A DNA stretch of 64,000 nucleotides, taken from contig NC_058368.1 in NCBI RefSeq assembly GCF_018350175.1, forward strand, positions 90,832,001 to 90,896,000. The letters are read 5' to 3'. Both the position numbers and the translations under genes were made by a program. The DNA is from Felis catus (lineage: Eukaryota). The notes beneath the pieces are model-generated. The model was not told the origin of the DNA and made no database searches. It was given only the letters and a program-made list of their open reading frames with translations. Positions within the stretch are counted from its first letter, which is position 1. Every line of letters begins with the position of its first letter. Shown in pieces: positions 33,181 through 44,785 of this stretch.

Positions 33181-34039
33181 TCTTGGCAGGGGCTTCCTTC
33201 AAGGGGAGGGGATTGAGAGGGAGTAGAGGTACTGAGGGGAGGGGGAGACCCCAGCCCTCTGAATCTTGGGACCACCTTGGATCCCCCTTCCCCCACTGGC
33301 AGGCGCTCTGGAATGGGAGGGCCCAGGTAGGAGCCTCTTGCTTTGCTGCTTATGTTTCATATTAAATGTCAACTGTCCACCGGGTCTGCGGTGCTGCCAT
33401 TAATATGGAGAAGTTATTACAGAGCCTGGAGCTGGCTCCTCGGGCTCATCCATGAATTTCAATTACCTTGCACATCTACTCTAGGCCTGTGGAGTGGGGT
33501 GCACAGCTTCTCCTTGGAGGCAGAGGAAACCCTGGCATCCAGGACCCAGGCCCAGATAGTGCAGGGAGCCTAGGCAGGCTCTGCGCTGCCCCACCTTGCC
33601 CTGCAGGTTTCAAGCGAGCACGGACTTGGTGTGGCCCAGAGGCTGCCGTGTCACACGGTCATCTCTGTCCCACATAACTGGGCAGCCAGGACAAAGGCTA
33701 AAATGCCACTAAACCTCATTTCCTTGGCTTGCAAAGGAGGGGAACCTATCCACACCCGCCTTGCTGGGCATTGGAAGGATGCGTGGGTGCACAGCAAGCC
33801 CTTAGCCCAGGCCTAGGGCTTGGGAAATTTATGCATTTCATCAGATCGAAGGTGCCATCAATCATAGGGCACACCAAGTAAGAGCAGACACTCCTGATAA
33901 AACTGCGCCGTGCTGCCTTAACTTCGGTCCTAAGAGGCATAGATAGGCACCAGCCACCCTGCCCCTAGTTGCTCCAAAGAGTGGGCCACTTCTCCCTTCT
34001 CACTCGCTTTGCTTACTTAGCATGTGACTGCCTTCTTCA

Positions 34040-34415
34040 TTTTGGGGTGTCTTCTTCTCCTTGGTAAAGTGTGGGGTTGCAGTCATTCCTCCAGGGACAT
34101 TCCTCACTGATGCCAAAGCTACACACTTCCTTGTCTCGGTGATTCTGCACATGCTATAAATGTTTGCCATTGTGGTGTGGTTTTTCGAGGACATTTTGGG
34201 TGGCAAGGATCTCCACACAAGAAGAGCTGCCCCTACACCCAATTCAAGTGAAGTAATAGCAATATGAGTGAAACACCATGGGCAGGCGGGTGCATGCCAG
34301 CCAACACCAGCCACTGCATGGTTGCTGCCGACTGCTGGTGGTGAGAAGATCCGTTGATTTCCTCCCCAGTTCAGAGGTGGTAAATGCGAAAAATGTGCGT
34401 CTAGAGTCCTGGGCA
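34040..34415 (-). mobile_element. TcMar-Tc2 (Kanga/MER104-like) DNA transposon fragment
   Basis: Terminal motif ttcagaggtggtaaatgcgaaaaatgtgcgtctaga resembles Tc2-type ends. Confidence 0.45.
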
Positions 34416-34969
34416 TGCAGTTTTTATTGTTGTTGTTGCTAGTATTATTATTATGTTACAAACGATTTCAGGGCACTGTCTGAGAGCTGGCACGCAACTC
34501 TCAGGCCAAGAAGCAGAGCAGCGGCTGACACAGGGCCATTCACGCCAGAGGGACTAGCCCTTGCTAGCTCTGTGAGCAGAATATTCAAGGATTCATCTTT
34601 GAACCTGGATATTTCTCCTCTGAAAGCAGGGATTGTGACTCCATGGCAAATAAGGTGTATTTCTGTTCCATGCAAGATTTGTCTAAGTCTCAGGCGTGGC
34701 CAGTGTGATTGGGAACAGAGCTTCTGTAGGTACGATGAAAAGTGGCTCAAGCGTGGTGAACATGAATGTATATAAAAAAACACACATCAATGTTTTTTTA
34801 ATGGATGACGCCACATACCGTCTCCCGTCACTTGCAAACGAAATGTCGGGTTGATCGATATCACAGATAAATTCTGTTTTTCTGTCACTCTGTTCTTCAA
34901 CCTGTACTAAACTGTGTTTATCATTAGAGCCTTTAAGCTGTGATGTCTGAAGTATTAGCTACTTTATAG

Positions 34970-35294
34970 CTACACTGTCCACCACGGTAGCTATGAGCCA
35001 GCTGAGCTATGAGCTGGGTGAGGCTTTTGACTATTTGAAATGTGACTGGTCTGAAGTGAGTGTGTGAAGTGAGTGCCTAAGTGTAAAATACTCAGTATTC
35101 AAAGACTTACTACAAAAAAAATATATAAGATATTTCATGATTATCTAGAAGTATTGATCATAGGTTAAAATGTTAATCTTTTGGATATACCGGATAAAGT
35201 AAGAAATATTGCTGAAATTAATTTCACCTTTTTTTTTTTCCCCTCAACGTGGCTCCATGTGAAGTTCTCATTACATTTCTGTTGGACGGTGCTG
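34970..35294. mobile_element. MER33-like hAT-Charlie element
   Basis: Ends cactgtcca... and ...ttggacggtgctg; internal aagtgtaaaatac...ttcaaagacttact...aaattaatttcacct. Confidence 0.8.
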
Positions 35295-35309
35295 ATTTGA
35301 GACATCTGG

Positions 35310-36030
35310 CTGGATACCTCCCGTTTTGCTGTTACTCTTTTGCAAAATTTTCTTGGCTGGTCACATCTGTTTATTCTTTCAATTGAATTTTAGAATTGTT
35401 TTGTCAGGTTAAAAACATCCCTTGCGAATTTGATTGACATTAAATTAAACCTAGAAACCAATTAAAGGAGGAATTGACATAATTTACAGCATTTACCAGG
35501 AACATGGTGTATTTTTCAATCGATTTAATTCTGCTTTGATGTTACTCAGTCAAGTATTATACATTTTTTATATGGGTCACCCATTGTTTTAAATCACGGT
35601 CATTTCAAGGATTTTTTTCCTTTTTGCTATTTATTGAATCATTTCCATCTATCGTTGGTGTACAGGAAGGTTATTGATTTTTATATAATTATCTTTTATC
35701 AAGCTGCTTGATTGAACTCATTAATTCTAATATATCTTTGTGGATTCCCTTGGGTTTTCTAGGTATACAGTTGTACTGTCTGTAAACGATGATAATTTTG
35801 GAGTCTCATTTCCAATCTGCACTATCTAGAACCTTCAGAGTAACGTTAAGTAACAGCAGTGGCTTTGTGCATCCGCGTCTGTGCCTGGCTCTGATGGGAA
35901 CGCCCCTGGCATTTCTCTGCTTAATAAAATATAATGCTTGCTCGTGGACTAAGATGGATTTTGTGTGAAGGCAATATCCTCTGAATTCTAGTTTTCTGAG
36001 GTCCTATTTTTATCAGCAAAGGAGCTGAAA
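35310..36030 (-). mobile_element. Old L1 (L1M) ORF2 fragment
   Basis: tgaattttagaattgttttgtcagg...ggaggaattgacat...ggattcccttgggttttctaggtatacag. Confidence 0.75.
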
Positions 36031-38521
36031 TCTAGATAAAATGTGTCTAATACCTCACACACCACCCCCACCCCACCCCAAGCCAGAGAGGCGTTATACA
36101 ATTCCCAGGGGGCTGTCTTTTCTGAGGACCTGGGACTCAGGGCTGCTGGCCACACAGGTGGCTTCTGGGACTGGAACCAGTTCTCAGAAAGCCTATGAGT
36201 GGGGGAATTGCCACCTCAACAGGCCACGTTCTCCTTCTCTCAGTGGTGTCTCTCCCAACCTTCACTGTTTCCCAGGCAGACCTCCTGAGTCTTACAGAAG
36301 ATGGTAGTTGTTGGTACCTGCCCACAGAGGCCCCCACTGGCTCCCACTGGTACTTTTATTCCCACATGCCTCTAGAAAGTCTTTTCTCAAAGACCATCAC
36401 CACCCCCCCGCCCCCCCGCTGCCTTCGAGGAAATCTATGGCCTGTTGTGTAGAGAATAAAATTGTTTTCCCTTGTGTTGTCTGTCTGTCTGCCCACAGAT
36501 GGGCAGCTCTGAACAGTGTCTGTGCTGAGGCCCTGCCCTGTGAGATTCTGATTTGTTGGATATAGGTAGGACTTAGAGGTCTGCATTTCTCAACATGGGA
36601 GGATCTTATTCACAGCTAGTGGGCACCCACTGACCTAGAGGAAGGTCAGGAGTTGTGAGATTAAACAGAACCAGGTTCGGGGCTGGCTCGCTACTTGCTG
36701 GCCTGTGACCCTCAGTTTCCCCAGTTGGCATGCTACCTACCTTGGAGGGCTGGTGTCTTTGAGGAAGTGAAGGGGAACAAGCTGGTTGACCCCAGTCCAA
36801 AAAGCTTGGGATCCAAAATCGTTGGGAGGATTGGGGTGGAAGGAGAGGATGTCCAAGAGGGACAACCAGGCCTTCAGGTGGCTTGGGAGCACAGAAGCTG
36901 CCTCTGAGGTGTCAGCTCCTGACCCTCTGTTCCACCTGGTCCTTCACCTGGAAATTCAGAGCAAGGCACATGGAGGGAAGCCCTCTGGCATGACTGTCCC
37001 TGAGGCTGGCTGTCCACACAGTGGGCAGGTAGAACGCAGTTGGCCGTGGGCACTGATCCTGCAGGCCCTGGTGGGCAGAGTAGGGGCAGGGTGCGGTCTT
37101 CTATGGTACCCCTCAATGCCACCAGCCAGACCCTAGGCCTTGTGACGCTCCCCCCTTGGCTCTGCTGGCTGACCGCTGGCTGCTGGTGTGAGCTCACTAA
37201 CCCCGGCCTTAGGTCTGGGCATCCCTGGTGTTTAGGTGTATTGTAGCCTAGAGTGGCTGGTCTGAGACCTGCACACAAAGTGAGCAGAGGTCCCAGGCCG
37301 GGGCTCAGCTTAGTTGAGAGAGAGAAAGCTTGTGTTTCCTGAGCAGTCCCCAAATGCCACAATAACTGTCACAGGGAGGGCACTGGAGGGTGGGGTGGGG
37401 GGGTCCTGGGTCCATCCCTCCCCCCAGCCCCCCGCCGAAAGCTTTTTTTTCTCATGTTTCTCTTTCTTCTCTCCCTGCCCTGCCTCACCCTCTTCTTTCT
37501 TCTCCCTCCCTTCTCCTTACTCTGTTCTCTTCCTCCTCCCTTCCTGCCATCTTGGTCCTCCTCTTCTTTCCCAGAGTGAGCCTTCCTACTCCATCAACCA
37601 GGACTCCTGGGTGACCCTTCCTGTGTGATGGGCTCTGCATGGCTGGCCACACACTCAGACTCTGGCTGTGCCTGCCCGTTCCTATTCACACATGGCCTCT
37701 GACACTGCCAACAGGAACACTCTGGGAGCGGGATAGCATCCTGCTGTACTGGGGGGAAAGCAGGGCTCGGAGAGGGACAGTGACCAACCCCAGGGCACAC
37801 ATGGCCCCGAGCTTGGGCTCCTTCTGCTGCAGCTGAAACTCCAGAGGAAACCCTTTGCTGTCCTCTGAGGTACACATTACCCCACCCCCGGCCCACACAG
37901 CAGGCTTAATTACTGCAGCAGGAGGGGGGTTCCTCCTTCTCTCCTTGGCGGCTGAGTTCTTGGTGCAATTCCCAGCAAACAAGGTTAAGGCCAAGCCCCT
38001 GCCCTGCCAGAGTAGCCCCCACCTCAGATAGTGTGGCCTGGCCTTCGGGTGATGTTTTTCCTGTTGGGGTCCGCAGGTCCTTGTTGACCGCGTCCTTACT
38101 GGGGAGGCTGGTCAGACCGGGCTGCTGTGCTCCGACCTAGGGCTGCCATGGAAGGTTGTAAACGAGGTGTCCTGCACAAGGGCACCTGGCATGGGGGTGC
38201 AGGAGGCCAACCTCTGCTCAGTGTCTGGGAGTGGCTGGAGTGGAGGGTGGAGGGCAGCCAGAGCTGTGTGGAGGAGCAGTGTCAGGCATCTGCCCCCACC
38301 ATCAAGGCCACCAGAATCACTACATTCATTTCCCTTTCTCCTGCGTTCATTAACCCTTTGTGAGCTTGGGCAGATTCATATTCAGAGAGTTTCCCTTCTT
38401 GTTTTACCTTGCCAACCTTTCATCTCTCCTGGGCAGCAGCTCTGCCAGGCCTCTACTATTCATTTCTTCTGTTTACTCAGGTTGTAGAAAATAATCAGCC
38501 TTTCAAAGAAGTGCTCTGTTG

Positions 38522-38713
38522 TATTTATTTTATTTTATTTTATTTATTTTTGGGGGGGGAGGGGCAGAGAGAGAGAGGGAGAGAATCCCAAGCAGGCTCT
38601 GCTCTGTAAGCTCTGAGCCTGACTCCCTGACTTGGGGCTTGAACCCACGAACCGTGAGATCATGACCTGAGCCAAAGTCGGATGTCCAACTGACTGAGCC
38701 ACCCAGGTGCCCC
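38522..38713 (-). mobile_element. Can-SINE within old L1M debris (~38340-40200)
   Basis: Typical SINE core and reverse head. Confidence 0.9.
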
Positions 38714-39353
38714 TGTATTTTGATTTTGAAATGTTGAACTCCTCTAATCCAAGGGATGTGTGTTTCCTGTACTGTATGAGGTGTGGGTTAAGTTCTTATT
38801 TTTTCTAAATTGCCATTCTGTGTCTCAGCACCTTCATTTACTAATCCACCCCTTTCCTTGTGACTTTGGGATGTGCACTCCCTCATCTACAAAGTTCAGG
38901 GAGGCGCTCTTGCTTGTTTCTGGCCTCTGTTTTATTTTGTACCAACACGAGGCCCTTTGTTGCTTACCAATACGTTTTAATATCTGGTAGGGCGGATATC
39001 ACCATCATGACTTAAAAAAAAATGTTTTCACTATTTTTGTCCATTTTCCAAATGGATTTTGGATTTGTTTTCTTATGATCTTAAACAATATCCTAAGAGG
39101 ATCTTTATTTTGGATGATATCGCATGCTTAAAATAGTGTCCAGCATTGCAGCAGGGCCTCAGTGAATCTTTGTTGAACAAATGAATGGCATCTTCAAGGT
39201 ATTTAATTTTCTCAGGGAAATAAGAAGAACATTGATTCAAGTCTTTAAAAATCTATCCCCAGTAGGTTTCTTACTACGACTTTTCAAATTTTATCATCAT
39301 TGTGAATAGGATCTTTTCCATTATATTTTATTAGCAGGTTATTATAGATAGTA

Positions 39354-39577
39354 ATTTTTTTAATGTTTATTTTATTTTATTTATTTATTTTGAGAGAGTG
39401 AGAGACAGAGCACGAGTTGGAGAGGGGCAGAGAGAGAGGGAGACACAGAATCTGAAGCAGACTCCAGGCTCTGAGCTGTCAGCACAGAGCCCAATGTGGG
39501 GCTCGAACCCCTGAACCGTGAGACCATGACCTGAGCCGAAGTTGGACGCTTAACCAACTGAGCCACCCAGGTACCCC
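39354..39577 (-). mobile_element. Can-SINE
   Basis: Full body, (TTTA)n tail. Confidence 0.93.
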
Positions 39578-40589
39578 TGTAGATGATAATTTTTAACCTA
39601 GAATACAGTGGGTGGCCATTCACTCAGGATACCTGGGACCTCCTTATTCCAGATTAATGATATTCTCAGAGGTGAGACACTTTCATTTACAAAGAGCGAA
39701 TGAAGCTAAAATCAGCATGTTCAAATCAGCATGTTCATACAAATTATATATGCATTTGCACAAACTGCAGCTAAACGCTTTGAGGACCATAGTTGACCTG
39801 GCAAATCCAAGCCCTGCCCAGGCCCCACCTGCTCCTTCTCATTTGCTTCTAGTGACTCTGTCTTCCTCTTGCGCATCAGCAAAAACAGTCTCCCGTTATC
39901 ATAGTGGCATGAATGCAAAAAACATGGATAATCACAAAAAATCATAAAAGAAATCTCTCGATTGGATGTTTCCCATGTTTGCATTCCAGATATGCAAATT
40001 TCTATATTTCGCATCTAGGCATTTTAATGAACTTCCGTATTGTTTTTTTCCTTTTTTTTTTGTGGATTCTTTTGGGGGCAAGGATTTTCTAAGTGTACAG
40101 TTATCTCCTGCAATTCATATTTTTGTGTCTTTTTTTTCAGTATTCATTTTTTTTGTCTTATTACGTTGGTTAGAGCATAAAATTGAACTTCTTTAATTTT
40201 GCATGGGAGCTCAAACCATGTTTTCGGAGCAGCTGGCCCGCTGCCGTCTAAGGGAGACAAGAACCAGGTCCCACTTCTCTCTCGTTCTGTGAGTGCTGCG
40301 GGCAATAGATCTAAAGCGGGCAAGTCTTGGCATAAGTGGACCTTGTATCTTCACTTACCCATGGCAGGGCTGCTTTTCTTTTCCTGGTGTTGTGTCAAGT
40401 GAGCACAGGGCATGGATGTGTGGTGGTTTGTGGGGGAGGAGTAGCAGGGACCGGTACTCCCTCCCACAGCCCCCGTTAGGTCAGGGAGCTTCTCTCGGCC
40501 CTGTGGCCTGTTAGGAAACCCCTACAACCTCGGGAGCAGTGGACCTGGGCAGGATTATTCGCAGGGCAGGCAGGAAAATGGCTGCCTTT

Positions 40590-40608
40590 TTTTTTTCCTT
40601 TATTTTTT

Positions 40609-40653
<45 letters not shown>

Positions 40654-40785
40654 GAGAGAATCCCAAGCAGACTCTGCAATATCAGCACAGAACCCAATGC
40701 GGGGCTCGAACCCACAATTGTGAGATCATGACCTGAGCCGAAATCAAGAGTTGGAGGCTTAACCGACTGAGCCACCCAGGCGTCC
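40590..40785 (-). mobile_element. Can-SINE
   Basis: Perfect 19-bp TSD caggaaaatggctgccttt at 40571-40589 and 40786-40804. Confidence 0.95.
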
Positions 40786-43549
40786 CAGGAAAATGGCTGC
40801 CTTTGAAAGACTGTCTTTGGTTTCAGCCGGGGATGTGGTTCAGCAAGCCACTCTCAGGGGAAGGCTGGCAGGTCGATCCAACCTGCAACCTCAAATGCAT
40901 TTGGACTTCGAAGCCCCATGTGAGTCCCTGCCTTGCCCCTTACCAGTGAAACATTTCTGAACTTCAGTGTTCTCATCGGTGCAGGGCGGAGTTTTCAAAC
41001 CGGTGGGCTGCGTGCCACGTCTGCCCACAGATGAGTTTTGTTTGGCCCTCCCAGTGTTTGACAAATCTCTCCCAAAGCTCCAGATTTCCAGTTTCTTTTG
41101 AGAACCTGGGAGAGCGCCTAGACCTGCACTCCGTGGGCTGGAGGTAAGCAGGACAGAGCCCTCCAGAGGGAGCCCACAGCTTTGGGTCCCATAGGTGCTG
41201 CTATCCCCTGTGGGCACCTTCGCCCTTCTCACTGGCTGGCTTTCATTTCCCGCATGGTTCCTGTGTCCACGACAGACACCCTCTCTCACGTCGAGGTGGA
41301 TGTTGCAGGGGTTTTGGAGCCAGTCATTTCTCCCCAGTCCCTTCCTCTCTCCCCCTTCCCCTGATTTCAGTTTATCATCATCTCTGACAAGGCCCTGTGC
41401 GCTGAAGTCAGACACGGTCCCGCTCCATCGAGTGTGTTTCTGGCTCCTTCTCTCACTCACCGAGATTCCTCTTTCTCATCCGTGAAAGGTAAAAATTTAT
41501 GGCAGTAACTACTGTGGTGGCTTACTAGGAGGATTACATGAAGGAAGGCCCACGGCCGGCACTTAGCAGCCAACAGCCTTCGTTGCTACGAGGTAATATT
41601 TTCCTCATGGCGCTGCTAGAAGGAACCAAAGTGTGGAAGTACTTAGAGACATAAGAAATGCAGTGCAGAATCAGTTTGGAGTGCTCTGTGGGCTGGGCTC
41701 AGGCTGGGTGTGAGGAGTGGGGAGGCAGGGTCCTTGTGTCCCATAACTGGCCTGGGACGTGTTGCCAGATGAGGCCGTGACTGTTCTGAAATGGAATTCC
41801 TGGGTCAGAATAAGGAGAACAGATGTTTACTGGACGAGGCCAAGAGCCTCTGACATCACCCAGAGCCCGTCAGGACACAGGCCGAGGGTCCCCCATCCTT
41901 TCAGGCCAGTGCAGTGCTCCTGGGGCAGCTGCCAGGGCTGGAGGGTGGGCACACACACGTGCACGCGTGCACACACACACACACACACACACACGTGTGG
42001 CTTCTTCCACCAGATCCTCTCCACCTGAACACAATTAGCCAGGATGTGGAAAAGATTTCCAGCCTGGAAGGAGAGGAGCGAGTGTAGTTGGCAGGCAGGC
42101 TGGGGAGGGGAAGTGCAGGCCCCGATGGTGAGTGGAGGCTGCAGGATGGGGGAGCAGCCTTTGGGGGCGGAGTGCTGTCCGCAGCCACTGGCCAGGGAAG
42201 GAGGAGCTCTGGAGCCTTCCGCCCAACATCTCCAGAGGCGGAGACTTTGTCTCCCAATTGCTTCTTTGGCCATGAATCTGGAGATTGTGACCAAGAGGCT
42301 GCTGGGGCCTTGCTCCTGTACTTTTAGGAACACCTGTGTACCTGGTGCCTGCTGTCTTGTCCCTCACAGAAGGCCACCTCCAGGCCCAGGCTCCTGCCAC
42401 TGCAAGTGATAGAAAGCCCAGTGCAAACCAGCCTAAGCCAAAAGGGGGATGCTCAGGCCTGTTTCAGCTCCTTGGCCTGTCCTCAGCAGGCTGTCCTTAG
42501 TGGGAGGCTGGAGGCTCACCATGGCCCCAACTGCCAGCCTAGCAGAAAGACCTTCCTTTCCCCTGGGCTTCCAGTGAGTGTCCTGAGGCTGGTTCTCACT
42601 GGTTCAGGTCATGTGCTTTGGGTGAATCCCTGTGGCCCAGGCAGAGGGCAGGGAGCTGGCTTCCATTGGCCAGGCCTGGTCACATGACCACCAGTTCTAG
42701 GTGGATAGAGTCTATGGTGTGAAGCCCAGAGACACAGGTGCCAGAAAGGAGGCCACTGTTGTTGGAGGAGCAGTGGGCACCCACTGCCTTCTCTGTGTCC
42801 CGGACCTCTGTCCACCTCTCCCATGCTCTTGCCTCCTGTTTTCCCTGTGTGGGTTTGCCCTGCCATGTCCTCTCTCTGAGGGCTTCCAGTGGCTCTCCTT
42901 CACCCACTGGGTGAAGCGCAGACCCAGACACCTCAGCATTCAAGACCTGTCACGACCAGTCAGCACTTCTAGATTATTCCGTGCACTTCATCTTCCCTCC
43001 CTTCCATCCTGTGGGCCTGGGACAAGAGCTCTCAAAGACCATGCATTCCCATCACAGTAGTTAGCTGTGTCCGTGTTCAAAACAGCCCTTGTTGCAGGAC
43101 GGGAGGGGACCGATTATCTTGGCTGCAGTTGAACCTAAAAATTATCTGAGGGCGTGAGGGATGAGTCCAGGCTGTGACTGGGCAGGGAAGCTGGGGGCTC
43201 TGTGGGCTCACCTGGGGTTGCACTAGCAGAGCTGACAGAGTAGCCGACAGAGTAGCACAGCTGATGACCTCTGGGCTTTTGTGTGAAGTTCAGGGAGCCC
43301 TGCATGCCTGGCTGATTCCCCACCATCCATGTCACAGGAAACCTTCCCCATCCTCCTTGTCACGGCAGGTAACACAGCTGCATCGAAGGACCTGTTTGCT
43401 GATTTTCTCCTCACCCCTTCTGTGTCACCAACACTTTCAGCAGTCTGTCCAGACCCGTGGATGCTTTATTACAATAATGTTTTTAATGCACATTTTAAAA
43501 TACACAGGACACAAATTCTATCAAAATAAAGCTATTTGAAAAAAATTGA

Positions 43550-43780
43550 GGGGTGCCTGGGGGGCTCAGTAGGTTAAGCGTCCAACTCTGTATTTTGGCT
43601 CAGGTCGTGATCTCGCGGTTCATGGGTCTGAGTCCCACGTTGGGCTCCACACCGTCAGTGCAGAGCCTGCTTGGGGTTCTCTCTCTCCTTCTCTCTCTGC
43701 CCCTCCCTCGCTCACACACTCTCTTTCTGTCTGTCTCTCTCTCAAAAATAAACATTAACAAATTTTTAAAAAATTAAAAA
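43550..43780 (+). mobile_element. Can-SINE
   Basis: ggggtgcctggggggctcagtaggttaagcg head, CT tract, A tail. Confidence 0.93.
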
Positions 43781-43809
43781 GAAGATTGATAATACAACAT
43801 GTGTGCTTT

Positions 43810-44022
43810 AAAAAATTTTTTTTTTTAATATTTAGTTTTGAGACAGAGAGAGACAGAGCATGAATGGGGGAGGGTCAGAAAGAGGGAGACACAGAATCCG
43901 AAGCAGGCTCCAGGCTCTGAGCTGTCAGCACAGAGCCCAGCGTGGGGCTCGAACTCACGGACTGTGAGATCATGACCTGAGCCGAAGTCGGATGCTTAAC
44001 CAACTGAGCCACCCAGGTGCCC
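43810..44022 (-). mobile_element. Can-SINE
   Basis: TSD caacatgtgtgcttt at 43795-43809 and 44023-44037. Confidence 0.95.
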
Positions 44023-44071
44023 CAACATGTGTGCTTTTTATTTTTTATTGTCATCATGCCTTTTTTTGGGT

Positions 44072-44671
44072 AATAGCTTTATTGAGATATAATTCACATA
44101 CTATACATTTCAACTACTTAAAGTAAAATTCAGTGGCTTTATTGTGTTGACAGAGTTGTGCAACCAGCATCTGATCTGTTTTGGAACATATTCACCACCC
44201 CCCAGAAGATACCCCGTATCCCTTGGCTGTATCACCCTCAATTGCCCCATCCCCTTAGTCCCTGGGAACTGCCAGTCTGCTTTATGTCTCTATAGATTTG
44301 GCTCTACTGGGCATTTCATATAAATGGAATCACACAGTACTTGTCCTCTTGTGTCTCACTTCTCTCAGCATAATGTCTTCTCAGCGTAATGTTGTAGCAT
44401 GGATCAGAACGTCATTCCTTTTTTTTTTTAATGTTTTTATTTTTGAAAGAGAGAGAGAGAGAGAGTGAGCAGGAGAGGGGCAGAGAGAGAGAGGGGCAGA
44501 GGATCCGAAGCAGGCTCCGTGCTGACAGCACGGGCTCAGACTCATGAACCGCGAGATCATGACCTGAACCGAAATCAAGAGTCGGATGCTGAAGCGACTG
44601 AGCCACCCAAGTGCCCTGTAAACTTCATTCCTTTTTATGAACCAATGATATTCCATTGTATGGATATGCCA

Positions 44672-44707
<36 letters not shown>

Positions 44708-44785
44708 CTATTCGTCAGTTGATGGACATTTGGGTTGTTTCCACTTTTTGGCTCTTATGAATAATGCCAGTCTGAACATTTGCCT
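44072..44785 (-). mobile_element. L1MB-like 3' end interrupted by a Can-SINE (44419-44616, minus)
   Basis: agctttattgagatataattcacata...catttcatataaatggaatcacacag...gttgatggacatttgggttgtttccac. Confidence 0.88.

Noticed and set aside
39709..39736. Perfect 14-bp tandem duplication aaatcagcatgttc
   Set aside because: Real but an ordinary slippage event among old L1 debris, with no sign of function.
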